Source: Eledone cirrhosa
Lineage: Eukaryota
DNA length: 64,000 bases
Assembly (NCBI GenBank): GCA_964016885.1
Contig: OZ024745.1
Location: forward strand, 91,264,001-91,328,000
Reading direction: 5' to 3'
The notes under the pieces were generated by a model, which was given only the letters and a program-made list of their open reading frames with translations, was not told the DNA's origin and did no database searches. Of the stretch, positions 1 through 12,667 are shown one piece after another (the stretch's first letter is position 1; each line of letters opens with the position of its first letter). A program made the position numbers and the translations under genes.

Positions 1-19
1 TTCAGACACATGGCCAACC

Positions 20-150
20 ATTTGGAGGGAGGGAAAAGTTGATTAAAGCTAACCTCTGTGAGATTTGAACTCAGAACATAAAGGGACACAACTTTATGCT
101 GCAAAGCATGTTGACTGACACTTCTACCAGTACTGCCAATTCATTGCTCT
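20..150 (-). mobile_element. tRNA-derived SINE fragment
   Basis: Contains gagatttgaactcagaac (reverse complement of the B-box-like gttctgagttcaaatc) and actgccaattca, shared with the SINE copies at 3340-3525, 24380-25085 and 32910-33105. Confidence 0.55.
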
Positions 151-429
151 TTGAAGTCTAATGATATAAACTCAAAAACAAAAGTTTATTCGGGTAATAT
201 TAAATTTGTAAGTTTATTTTTGAGTAATACTTACACAAGACTAGTAGATTGAGAATGGTACCACAGTGCACAATATGCATTACAACACAATGTGTTTCTC
301 TGCAATTGCTGTTGATGTTCACTGATTAGAGAACTTTCAGCCTTATATTTTACATCATAGTATCAAGCTAGAGTAATAATCTAAAGAAATAGTGTATGGC
401 CCTATCTCTGAATTAGAAACTAGGGCATA

Positions 430-880
430 TAACTGAAGTTAGATGCTGCTACTTCAGTGGTGGAAATGTGTGATGTACATGATGGTAAAAATCAGTTTTC
501 ATACTCAAGTCTAGGGTCAAAATCACTGCAGTTTGCTGCATAATATAAATCATTATCTTTTGGTGCAAAGAAATATATGAGGATTGCAAAAGGTGCACAT
601 CTTGAGAAAACAGTGATGAAGTTGTGAATTCTTCAATAATTCTGTGGTAAGAACTTCTGTGTTGTAGAAATTCAATGGGCTGCTGCTGAGCTAGTTAAAT
701 ATATGGGCATCAAGAATTTCAAAGCTAATGATATATGTTTATGATGATTTAGAAATCACCATGGAATGAGTAATAAAATTAGTAATAGTGAAGCTGGCAG
801 TGCATTAACTGAAAGAAATATAACAATTTCGGAAGAGGAATTTGATTATATAACAATTTCGGAAGAGGATTTGATTATGT
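430..880 (+). pseudogene. Decayed Tigger/pogo-family (jerky-like, CENP-B HTH) transposase fragment
   Basis: Translates as ...IKNFKANDICL**FRNHHGMSNKISNSEAGSA, resembling the Tigger motif FKASxGWLxxFxxRHGI...GExxSA. Has stops and a 30-bp tandem duplication at 819-877. Confidence 0.55.
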
Positions 881-978
881 GTGAAAAGGTTCTAATTTCC
901 CAAGTGTATAATAGGATTATATTGGTGGTCACTACCTCAGATAATATTATATATATATAATTATGTATATATAACTAT

Positions 979-1046
979 TTCATCTGATGAACGGGCCAGA
1001 GATTTCTGTAAGGATTGTCTAGTTTCTTGAAACCTTTGGTAATGGA
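979..1046 (+). ncRNA. Type I hammerhead ribozyme motif (stem II partly decayed)
   Basis: ttcat-CTGATGA(984-990)-38 nt-GAAAC-ctttg-GTA|atgga. Stem I ttcat/atgga; stem III ACC/GGT. Lies between TA tracts. Confidence 0.55.
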
Positions 1047-1170
1047 TTAATTATATTGTGTTGTTTATTATGTAATTAAATAACTCTGTACTATACGTAG
1101 AGCACTCTTCTTTCCTTTACCTTTTCTACGGAAATACTTAACACAAAAACATATATATATATATATATAC

Positions 1171-1575
1171 CTTACCCAACTACACCTCTCAAAGTCAATG
1201 ACACACGACCGTGACTTCTGGCGTCACGCAGTAATACAGGGTACCCGACCTCCCATGGGTACATGCTGAAGCATATAAACAATATGCCCCCCCCCCCCCC
1301 ACCGCAAGGTGGTCGTGGAGGTGCCACGGCAAAAAAGCACCCAGCCCACACTGTAAAGTGGACGTGTAGGCGCCACGAAAAAGCACCCAGCACTCACTGT
1401 AAATGAGGTTGGTGTTAGGAAGGGCATCCAGCTGTAGAAATCAAGCCAGATCAGTTCCTGTATGAGCAAGGCATGGTCAGCCGACCAGACACTGCCCACA
1501 ACAGGACAACCCGTCTAACCCATGCTAGCGTGGAAGAACGGACGTAAAACGGTGATGATGATGATGATGATGATG

Positions 1576-1577
<2 letters not shown>
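1171..1577 (+). mobile_element. 5'-truncated RTE LINE 3' end (ORF C-terminus, 3'UTR, (GAT)n tail)
   Basis: Encodes LTQLHLSKSMTHDRDFWRHAVIQGTR, homologous to the RTE C-terminus [26 protein letters not shown]. Ends in ...ggacgtaaaacggtgatgatgat. (TA)n on both sides; near-identical to 23045-23394. Confidence 0.8.
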
Positions 1578-1606
<29 letters not shown>

Positions 1607-3019
1607 GCTGAATGAATACACACGTGTTTGTCTTTTTCTCATTTTTTTTCGCATTCCTTCCTCGAGGTGGAGTCGCTGTTTCAGTGTGTCTCTTTCATTG
1701 TCTTCAGGGGTAAGGCATTCTCCATCCTGTTGGACGGGATCCAGAAGCAGAGGGTAGGCTAGTTGGTAGTGGAGGATACTCATTCAGACGTCACTTCCGT
1801 ACATGTATTGAATAATAGAACTGTTGTAAATCTATTGAACAAGCTGTTGTATAGTTTCTAATATTAAACATTGCTAGATCTGTAAAACATTACTTAAGTT
1901 GTCTTGTGCATATAGTTTTGGGTAACAGTAGGCTCAGCAAAATTAATTATCTTAGACACATAATAAGAAGGCAACATTTTTTTTTTGTGGTGTCCACAAC
2001 TGAGTTAAAGATATTCTAATCTTACAATGAGTTCGCAAATATATATTTTTTTTATTATTATTCTATCTCAGTTAACCAAACACTAGCCACAAAAATAATA
2101 TCAATCACATTCCAGGATGTTTACTTCATTTGTATATTAAACCAGTTATTATCAAATTATATCATTTTTATTTCTTTCCTGTGTCTATTTTATTTATTTA
2201 TTCATTACTTGCTTGGGGGATAAAAGATTTCAAACTGATAATGACAATGTTTACTTTCCTACATTCCTAATGTGTTTTGTTAGGAAGATACAAAAAAAAG
2301 TGGCATAAATTTAATGTGCAGTTTTCTGCAGAGGACAAGGATTAAGGTGTCTTTTTTGTAGAAAGGTTTATGTCTACTTTCTTAATGGAAAGAAAATATA
2401 CAAAATAATCAAATAACCATATCTTTGCCATTTGTCCAGCTATACTAATAGATTAGCATTTACGTTTTCTTCTATATCCAAATTATCATTTTTATTTTAT
2501 GCCTTTTTTATATACAACATTAATAATGTTTTCTATGTATACCATTTTCTTTTGCTGCCTAAATATGATAATAAAAATGACAAATATATAAGCTACTCCT
2601 GATATTCTGCCTTAATAGCCAAGATCTATTATAGTCACAGAAGAGTCTTAGCTATTTTCTTAACATTTAAGTATATATTTGAAATTTTTATTTTTATTAA
2701 TGCAGGAATAATGTTTGTATAAAAACAGCATTAATTACTTTACATTTAACAAACATCAGCAAAACAATAAAAAAACAAAAACAAAGTAGAATGTATTAAA
2801 ATTTCTTCTGTACAAATAAACTACCAAATCCTCTGTGAATGGTTATAAAGAAGGATTATAAAGAAGGATTTTAAAGAAGGAAAGGAATTAACTAACACTA
2901 TCTTCAGAAATAAAAGCAAAGGAAACCTATTGTAGTCAAGTAAACTTTAAGTATTTCAGAATTGTGTAGATTTCACCATTATAATTGAAATATATATTGT
3001 AATTGTAGCAGCAACACTG

Positions 3020-3256
3020 CATCATCATCATCACCACCACCACCACCATCATCATCATCACCATCACCACCATCATCATCACCATCACCATCACCATCAT
3101 CACCATCACCATCATCACCATCACCACCGTCATCATCATCACCACCACCACCATCATCATCACCACCACCACCATCACCACCACCACCATCACCACCACC
3201 ACCACTATGATCATCATCATCATCACCACCATGATCATCATCACCACCACCACCAC
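3020..3256. repeat. Compound (CAT/CAC)n trinucleotide microsatellite
   Basis: Direct reading. Confidence 0.95.
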
Positions 3257-3336
3257 AACTACTACTAGAGTTCAGCTTACTAAATTGTATTAAAAGACAC
3301 CCAAGAGATAAGAAAAACAAACTGATAAGGTATATA

Positions 3337-3525
3337 TAATAATTGTTTCTACTTTTGGCACAAGGCCAGCAATTACCCAGTAAATTACTGGTACTTTATT
3401 TTATCAACCCCCTAAGGATGAAAGGCAAAGTTAACCTCGGCGAGATTTGAACTCAGAATGGCAAGGGCCGTAACTCAATGCATCAAAGCATGGCGTCCGA
3501 CCCTCTACCGATACTGCCAATCCAC
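3337..3525 (-). mobile_element. tRNA-derived SINE (probably Meta/MESC-type core)
   Basis: Reverse complement has a B-box-like ttctgagttcaaatc, core gccgaggttaactttgcctttcatcc and 3' end ggccttgtgccaaaagtagaaacaattatta. Confidence 0.75.
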
Positions 3526-3625
3526 ATAGTAAGTAACATGAGACATCATTCAAGTAAACAGAGTTATAAAATTAACATAATTTTATCATTGAGAATAATG
3601 TGATAGACTAATATATTCAACAGTC

Positions 3626-3798
3626 ATTATATGAGAATAATTTGCAGTATCAGTAGAGGGTCGGATGCCATGCTTTGACGCATAGAGTTATGGCCTTTGC
3701 CTTTCATCCTTACGGGGTCGATAAAATAAAGTACCAGTAATGCACTGAGTAATTGCTGGCCTTGTGCCAAATGTAGAAACAATTATATGAGAATAATT
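3626..3798 (+). mobile_element. Internally deleted SINE with 17-bp target-site duplication
   Basis: attatatgagaataatt at 3626-3642 and 3782-3798 flanks a SINE body of the same family as 3337-3525. Confidence 0.75.
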
Positions 3799-3942
3799 GT
3801 CTGAAAGGTTTTATGTAAATAATATAGAACAAAATAAATTAACACATTTGATATTATCACACTCTTTAATAATCTTTGCTGTTGTCTGTTACAAATAAAG
3901 TCATTTAACCCTTTTGTTACCAAACTACCTGAAACTGTCCCT

Positions 3943-4675
3943 TGACAGCCTCTGACCTCTGGCACCATGCTGTACTAAAGAACATCCCCACTTCCACATG
4001 TGCACAAAGTGAAATGAACAAAACATACACTAGCTTGCAGCAATCCTTCCCACCCCACCTTAATACCCCAGTCACACATAAATATCCTCCTCAATCTCAA
4101 ACTCACTTACCTGCTGCCCCACCACCACTACCTCTGATATGCCTAACCTGTCCAGCCCATGAATGCTAGACATGCTCAACATCTGACCCCCCACAATGCT
4201 CTGCCATGACAAGCACAAAGTCCACTCTGTATGCTGATCTGGCACCACAACAAAAGCACCCAATCCATCCTGTAACATGTTTGTGATGGTGACACGAGAA
4301 AAAGCCCCCAGTCTATACTGTAAGGTGGTTGTATTGGTGACACAAAAAAAGTGCCCAATCCACACTGTATAGTGGTCATGCTGGTAGCATGATAAAAAGC
4401 ACCTAGTCCACACTGTAAAGTAGTTGTGTTGGTGACACGACAAAAAGCGTCCAGTTCACTCTGTAAGGTGGTCGCGGTGGTGGCATGATAAAAAGTACCC
4501 AGTCCACACTGTAATGTGTTTGGTGTTAGGAAGGGCACCCAGCCATAGAAACCAAGCCAAAATACAGATTTGTATGAGCAAGATGTCTCTGGACTTCACT
4601 TGTCACATAACGTGACAACCCATCTAACCCATGCAAGCGTGGAAAATGGATGTTAATGATAATGATGATGATGAT
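3943..4675 (+). mobile_element. RTE LINE 3' fragment with about six internal ~50-bp 3'UTR repeats
   Basis: DLWHHAVLK C-terminal remnant; repeated aaaagcacccagtccacactgtaaggtggt unit; ggtgttaggaagggca core; (GAT)n tail. Confidence 0.7.
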
Positions 4676-5570
4676 TCTTTCTCCATTCTCATAAGTTTGA
4701 AAGTTGAAATAAATTTCCTCTACCTTGTTTGGCTCGTCAATACTCAGATAAAGTCTTAAATTAAATAGAAAATCAAAATCATTACAAACCAAAAGTTCCA
4801 ACATCAATTATTTTTGGTTTAAGATTTCTCAAGATTTATCAGGCAAAACAAAAAAGAATTTATTAAATTCTCTTTCTTTATATTGCATCTCAAAATACCA
4901 ATTAACTGATTCTCAAACACTCTAAGGCTACAGTGTTTTTTTTTTTCAGGTTTGCATTACTTTATTCAACAAAGATTACAATTTAAGCTCTATATATGTT
5001 AAACAATATTTCTCATTAATCCACTGAGTATTTACAAAGAGTTTAAGATATTTAGATTGTTGGAAATGAAACATCAGGTTTTTCAGGAATCAAATTATGT
5101 TAGTATATTATCCAATGAAAACATGAAAACTGTAAATGGATCTAAAATGATCAGTAGGTAAACAGCAAATATTTATTTCCAAGATAGCTATCATCCCCAC
5201 TTCATAATTAGCATAGTGATTTTAGGAAAGATATTTACCTGTAAAATATGACTTTAAATACATTAACCCCTTTGATATCAAACTGCTTGAAACTGACCCT
5301 GGTTCTATGATACAAAGTTATTTGTTACAGAGAATGTCTGTCTGTCTGTCTGACTCCCTAAAACTCGAGAACCACCAAACCAATTTTTTTCAAACTTTAC
5401 ACATGTAATACTTATGGTCGTGTGAGTGTTTTGAGCAGAAGGTATTTCAAATTTTCAATGCCCTAGGGACCGCATTAGGCGCCGAACGTCGCGCCCTTAT
5501 AATAACTGTCTGCATTACGACATTATGACGCTATCTGTGTGTGTATATATGTATACATCTATTTATCTAT

Positions 5571-5728
5571 CTAAGGCGGGTAAAATTCTCGAGATCCATG
5601 GATGAGTTCTCTCGAGTGGTCTCTGTCCCTCATTATCGCTGCCATGTCCTGAGTCTCCAACAGACCAGTGTCTGTCCTTAGGGCATCAACATACGTTAAC
5701 CTTGGTCTTCCTCTTCTAGTGTGTCCAT
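5571..5728 (-). mobile_element. RTE/RTE-X LINE C-terminal fragment nested in the Helitron-like element
   Basis: GHTRRGRPRLTYVDALRTDTGL...MRDRDHSR matches the RTE C-terminal GRPxxxW/Y..D...DR..WR pattern; 5' end lies in (TA)n. Confidence 0.65.
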
Positions 5729-5794
5729 ATATATATATATAATGTGTAACGTTTTTCGAAATATTTACTTCTGCATTCACAGATTGATTCTTTT

Positions 5795-5845
5795 AGTTTC
5801 AGAAGATCCCGTTAAGGGTGAAAGCAGCGATTCTTTGCTTAAACT
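5795..5845 (+). ncRNA. Decayed type I hammerhead ribozyme
   Basis: agttt-CAGAAGA-t-ccc-gttaa-ggg-t-GAAA-gca...tgc-TT|aaact. All three stems form, but core U4 is replaced by A. Confidence 0.45.
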
Positions 5846-7472
5846 TTAATCTGTTATTTTAATATATATATAATTATATATTCGTGTACAGATATTTTTG
5901 CATACACAAAAACAAAATATAAACAGCAGCAAAGGGAACAACAAAAAAGAGAGGGAACACAATTACATGCTTTTGAAAAATCGTAATGGAAAATTATTTG
6001 CCTATTCACCGAAGGCGACTTCACTTTTCATTAGGGCTTCTGCATCAATTGGTGAACATACGACGAAACATTGAAAAGAGTAAGACAACACCACTCTCCA
6101 CCACTGCAGTCCCACATGCTTATTGCTCTGTAACTATTGCTTTCACTGTACCATAGCACAACAAATATATGTTCGGTTTGTCGAATGCCTCTTTACTTAT
6201 CGCTATCGTCTTGGCTTTTGTTGGTTGAATATTTTACTCTTAGGCACCCAATTAAGTTAAACCCTGGTAATCTATGACAAATTTTTTTTATAAGCACAAA
6301 ATGTAGACACCACCCCCAGGCCAAGGTATTCCGTACTTCTCTGTACTGTTTCAGAAAGGAGGGATAAACATGCCAATCTATCTTTAGAATCCAGAGCAAT
6401 GCTGGGCCATTCTACTAGTATTTATCTAAAAAAATTTCCATCATAATTTTATGAAAGAATATTTAAATTATATTCCAAACACCAGCTTAATAATGATAAA
6501 GTTAGTTAGTTTAATAAATCCCACCAAATTTCTGATTATTTTAAAAATTATTTGAAAATCATAAACAGCATCTTTTATGTCAAAAGTGTTAAATATACTA
6601 CTCAAATATATAGGACAGGGACAGACATATTTGCTTTATAAAATCTTGGGGAATATGTTCAAAGATTGTAGTGTACATTGGTTAACATTGTATAAAGTTT
6701 CCTCTTGAACATTTCTGTGTGAAGAAACAAATTTAGGTTCAAATTGAATGCCAATATTGAACTTGTTTTCAAATTGTTAAAATGTTTGCATTCCAAGTGT
6801 AATCACAAAATGCTTTTCTAACTGTTCAATAAGAAATTTGAGCTGTTAATCATTTCGTACAAAAAAAAAAAAAAAACTAATTTATATCTTAAGGGGAAGA
6901 AAATAATTTAGCTCTATATTTTGTCAGAAATTACATTACTATTTCAATACTTTTTGTTTACAATTTCACATAAATTCAACTAAAACTTGATACGGATGGA
7001 TTTGTTTTAAAATTCAAGTTATTATTAACAGTCATGCGATTTAATAGATCTCTTAAACGTTGTGCAATTTTAAAATTATTTCAAAACTTAAATAAATGAA
7101 AACTTAAGATAACATTTTTAGTTTTGCTGTTGTATTGTTTTTTATCTGTGCATATTCTTCACGTTTATAAAATATATCAAGAAATAAGCTAAAGAATAAT
7201 GAAATGAAATCAAATTAAATATTAAAATATGAAGACAAGAAATTGTATATTTGAACAAGTTCTAAATAAACTAATGTTTTTTAGGATGCTAAGAAGAAGA
7301 AAATAGCATTTCTTCAACTTCTCAAAGGGGAAAAAAGAAAGCAATTGATAAATCTTTTTCTAGAAAAGAGCAGTCCAAGGTTAAAATGGGGAAAAATATT
7401 CTATTATGATAGTAAATCGAGACATTATTTAAAATAAGAATATAATAGAATCTGGGCATAATATTCAGGGAC

Positions 7473-7615
<143 letters not shown>

Positions 7616-7729
7616 CGTACACACACACTCATATACACATAGACACACACCCATATAGACACACACATCTACACACATATATCCTCATCATCATTGTTTT
7701 TAAGTCCGCTTTTCCATATATCTATGCAA

Positions 7730-7880
7730 AAAGTAAATGAAAAGCAACACATCAAATGATACTGTACAATGAAGATATATATTAGTTAGACACTTGATAT
7801 AGTAGGAAAAAAAGTCTTAACATTTCAGATGCTAGTCCTTCACCAGAAATAGAATGAGAAATACAAGAAATAGAGAGATA
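7730..7880 (-). mobile_element. Decayed copy of the HHR-bearing short element also at 50480-50720 and 57570-57710
   Basis: Minus strand reads CTGGTGA-aggactagcatct-GAAATGTTAAGAC, with shared flank ctactatatcaagtg. Confidence 0.55.
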
Positions 7881-9462
7881 GAGGAGAGTGAGAAGAAGAA
7901 ACACAAAAACATTTTTTCGAGAAAAAGCATGTGTGTATTCTATCATCTTGAAAAAGTCAATATATCATGATGATGATCATCATCATCACATATATATATA
8001 TATATATGTTATTTTCATTGCAGTTAATTCAGGCGTAAACTGTGTTCAACACTGAATGTGATAATATGATTTCAAGGTAAAGCTGTGTTGATCTAAGGGA
8101 CACATACTCATTTCTTGTGTATGTAGGAATAAGAGATGATTACTTGCTAGTATCAAGAGAGATCACAGAGTATATGCAGTAGATGTATAATGTTAGTGCA
8201 CAGGAATGATACATCATAAATTAACTAAGAGAAGAACTCTACATAAGAGGAACTGAATGTAGTGTGCATTGATATGGGCATGTAATATGTATGGAAGATA
8301 ACAGTTGTATAAAGAAGTGCAGTGGTTATCTTAGTGGATGGAACACATGAAAGAGGTTAACAAAAGAAGACATGGGAGATGAGAAAAGGCTACATGGATT
8401 GGAGACAAGTGGAACTTGAGAACACTTATTATTAATATATAAAAATGTGAATGTGACCTGACCCTCCCATCTCCCATCTGCTATCACCCCTTAGTAACTA
8501 GTCCCACCATAACTGTACCCCAACACTGTTCAGGATCACTCCCATCACCCTTTTAAATCCTATCACACATTGACCCCACCATACCTGTCATACACCCATG
8601 ACATACTTTTCATTGTCCTTCACACTCTCCACAATTCTCACTCTGACATCATACTCATTATCCTTCTTACCGCCTCCCATCACATTCACCCACACCAAAT
8701 ATGGCTTACTTATGACAATTCATTATCCTCCTCCCATAATGTTGAGAAGGCTTATGAATCATGTCAATGACCCCGCCTCTCCATCACTTCCTAGTGCCTG
8801 GTCTCACCATCACTGTAAACCTTCAAAATGACTTGCACCCCTTTAAATTTTAACATGCCAGTCATAGCTTTAGTAACTGCCATCATCTTCATATTATATC
8901 CACTTCTCTCTGGGATCATCTCGCTTAGTTCTTCTTTCACGTCACCCTGCCAATTCCTACTACACTTGACACACACCATGTCACCATGTGTCTCAGCTTC
9001 CTTCAATTATGACATGCTTATTAGCCTCTGTACCATCTTCCATCCTATTCTCCCCCTCCTCCAACCAGTAAACATGACTCAGTTGGGACAAGTCACCTTG
9101 CCCCATAGAGCAAAGAGGGCTCTTCAGTTGAGTCAATGATGACAACCTCCCTAATGCCAGTGTCACAATAAAATGCTCCCAGTACACTCTGTAAAGTGGA
9201 TGGTGATTGGGAGGATGTTTAGCCATAGAAAACATTCCAAATGAAAAGTCAAGAGGATTTCCAGTTATGTCAAAGATATAAGAATATAACAACCTCTGTA
9301 GTGCTAGTGCCTCAATAAATCACATGTAGTATAGGAACACATTTAAGCAGAGTGCACCCTCTCTTACAAGCCTGTCTTGGATATCTGTGGCTATGACTGG
9401 GTCTATCACTGCCCATCCAGCCCTTGCTAGCAGGAAAATTATAATGATGATGATGGTATAAA

Positions 9463-9506
<44 letters not shown>

Positions 9507-10247
9507 CAGAGAGAGTGAATGAGAGAGAAAGAGAAAGAAATTTTATATCTCTTTGGGAATTTTAATGGATAACTTTCTGAAGCAGCAATAATAAAACAAT
9601 TTTTAGTAAATAGAATAAATAAATAAAACTAAAAGAAGATAGATTTACTCTTGGTGATGCCAATTTTGTTTTTTTAATAGTGAAGAAATCAATAATAGAA
9701 CAAAGCAATTGACTCTGTGATAAATATTTTTGAAGAATTCTTCTGACAAGCATGTTAAATACTAAGCTGATGTGACTTCTTATGTCTGATGAAAAAATTT
9801 AGTTCTATTCAATTGCCATTTAAATTGTTTATCATATATTTATTTACTTATTTATTTATCATCATTATCTTTTTTGTATTTCATTTGTTTATATCTTTTG
9901 TTATTTTTCTGCATGCTTGGTTTCATTCATTACATCAGCACCTCATACACAACACATAGTTATTGGTAGATTTGATTAGATGAACATGAGCAGAGTAAGG
10001 ATACTAATATACATTTATTATATATTTACATTCATTGTATTGTAACTTTAGTGAACAAAAAATAGCTAATAGCTATACTTGATGAAATCTAACTAACCTC
10101 TCTAATTATTGAATGGTTATGCTGAAGATGGACACAAGATTTATGGAAGTTGGGCTAATTTGGAAGATTCTAAGGCAACTATGAAATTGCATTAAGAGAG
10201 AGGCATAATAAAAGGTTTTACACGAAAGTTTCAGATCAATTTTTGAA

Positions 10248-10464
10248 TTAACCTTTTCACTATCATACTTCTAATAAAAGGCACTGCCTATGGTTTTCAA
10301 ATAGTTTTGAAAATAATAAAGAAATTGATGGAATATAGTAAAATAATGAAGTTTGTCATGATTGGAACATAATTTAACAAAGTTTCTTACATGAACTTTT
10401 GATGGAAGATTTTTAATTTTATAACCAGGGGTGGTTTCAAGTAGTTTTGTATCAAAAGGGTTAA
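10248..10464 (-). mobile_element. piggyBac-like MITE
   Basis: Termini ttaacctttt...aaaagggttaa (TTAA plus short TIR); related pieces at 5263, 29185 and 50783. Confidence 0.6.
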
Positions 10465-11559
10465 GATACATATACATAACTGACATATACACATACATAT
10501 GCACTCATACTTACATAAATACACACATAGAAATTCAGACAAACATAGGAACATCCTTATATGCATGGAGATTCGATTATTTAATAGTAATCTATACAAA
10601 TGTATAAGTGGGGTTTTCATTTCGTTCTAAACTAAAATTAATACTGAAATTCAGAGGTTAAAAAAATGTATGTAAACAGCAATTAAGAAGCAATTAGTGA
10701 GTAGAAATCTACTTTGGTTATTTTGGAAATATTTTTGTTTTGATTTCTTCCGCTTTTATTTCTTTATTTATCATCCATGCAGAAACAGTTCTATTTATCA
10801 CACGGTTGGGATAAACAGAAAATAGTGAAAATAATTGTGATTAATGAGAATAATATATCAAATGTACAGTAAACTAATTTGCTTCTAAATTCTATAGTGT
10901 TCAGATAACTTACAATTACATCAAGTTTTCTTCAATACTTTATTTTTTAATAGTTAAGGTCATAGCAATGTCATGTAGAATTTGCCTGATGGAACGAGCT
11001 ATATTTTTCTTGTTTTCTAATTTGGACGAGGGTTTTATTTATTTATTCATTTTTTGCAGCATAATATATCCTATATCTATTGCATATAATAAATTTGGTA
11101 GAATTTTTATGTGTAGCTTAATGTCTCATTCATACAATTCCTAATTTACCTTTTATAGCTCGTTGCAGATATTGCACTTCATTGAAGCAAAAAAATAAAT
11201 GTATATAGCAAAGGGAGATTAGTAGTAATTTCATAGCTTTAAAGATTTTGTTTTAAATTAAAAGGTTAATGTTGAATCCAGTCTGGATGTTAATTAGCAA
11301 TATCTTCATGGGGAGAGCTCCAACTGGAAAAATCATTTGTGTGGTAGTTTACTAACCAAACAGTGAGCAGTTTCTCTCTTCAGTCATCGAAATAATACAT
11401 CATTTCTAGTGAAGATACTTAACTTGTGATGACTCATCATCATCATCATCGTCGTTGTTTAATGTTCATCTTCCATGCTAGCATGGGTTGGATGGTTTTA
11501 TCCCACTTGAAGCAAGATTGGTTGGGAGACCGTGTCTCACTCGTACAGTATATAGCAAC

Positions 11560-11710
11560 ATAGCTATATACAGCTTTAAATAGATAGCTGGAGATCTGCT
11601 GACAAAAGTCTTACTGAGTGATGCCAAGACACCCTCGGTATTCTTGACAATTTTGGGGATGTGCTTTGTCCAACGCAAATCGCTGCTGACAGTAGTGCCC
11701 AGGTCATGAA
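11560..11710 (-). pseudogene. CR1-like LINE ORF2 fragment
   Basis: HDLGTTVSSDLRWTKHIPKIVKNTEGVLASLSKTFVSRSPAIYLKLYIAM resembles the CR1 thumb region (RDLGV.VS.DL.W..HI..IV...LY...VRP). Confidence 0.6.
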
Positions 11711-12667
11711 GCTTTGGTATAGGATATGTGTTCTACACCATGTTAGGTAGTCACTTGTCACATTTTCTGCCAGAATTGCAATGAACCAGTGGTTGAATTG
11801 TTGCAAACATGTAACTGATGCCATCATTCACAAATTATACGAAATGTATAAAATAGATATACATAGTTTCCCAGTCTCTTTAGTTAACCATTGCACCTAA
11901 AGAAATGGTCTATAAATTAACTGATGCTGTTAGAGAAAAAATACTACAATAAATTCTTTTCTTTTTCTATGAAATTATAAGCTCAAACAATTCAAAATAC
12001 ATGCATACACACACATTCTCACATGTAAAGATATATGTACACAATTATTGCAGGCAAGAAAAAGCGGACGTAAAATGATGATGATAATGTTTGAGTCACC
12101 ATCCTTGGAGTATTACACAACAACAAATATATTTACAAAATTATTTAGACTTACATATGTCATCAACCCTGAGATGTGACTTTTGATGTAAACATTTCTG
12201 GTTTCATTTCCTGTCATTTTTGACAAGTTCACTCAGTTTTCTTACACTATTTCAATTATTCCTCAGATGACTGAACACTTGAGAACCAAAATCTGTAATG
12301 TCAGATGTATTGGTTGCTACTAGAGTATCTGTCTTGGTAACAAAGTAAATCTTCACAAATTCACTAATATTTGCAAACATTTAACAAGAGGAAATATGAA
12401 CTTTATTGGTACTTATATTATGAGCAGGGTATGTAAAGTTCAGTTGGTACATTGAACATGGGATGGGGGAAAAGGGCAAAGGGAAAGGCAAAGGTTGATA
12501 CAGCTTGGCACCAGTGATTTCACAATTCATTGATGCAGCTGAGTAAACCAGAGTAACAGTCTGGTCCAGAAATCAAACTCACAACCTCATGATTGTGAAT
12601 CAAACTCTCTATCCACTAAGCCATATACCTTCACCAGTATCAAAAGGTTTATTAGTGTGTATATATA

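Larger units (their letters stand above)
5326..6419 (+). mobile_element. Non-autonomous Helitron-like element
   Basis: (GTCT)n near the 5' end; subterminal hairpin ccag-agcaatg-ctgg (6391-6405); CTAG end at 6415-6418 followed by T. Confidence 0.65.
5263..6592 (+). mobile_element. TTAA-flanked piggyBac-like MITE split by a Helitron-like insertion
   Basis: 5' half ttaacccctttgatatcaaactgcttgaaac...; 3' half resumes after 6420 (ttccaaacaccagcttaataatgataaagtt...caaaagtgttaa). Homologous to the uninterrupted copy at 10248-10464. Confidence 0.55.

Noticed and set aside
2936-3320. Gly/Asp-rich or Met/Val-rich ORFs
   Set aside because: Trinucleotide microsatellite.
9786-9792. Isolated CTGATGA (also at ~51218 within the RTE YADE codons)
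   Set aside because: No stem II, GAAA and stem I arrangement.
12155-12292. Candidate minus-strand exon (cattacag...gtaagt)
   Set aside because: Stops in all three frames and a weak pyrimidine tract; a non-coding exon cannot be supported without RNA data.
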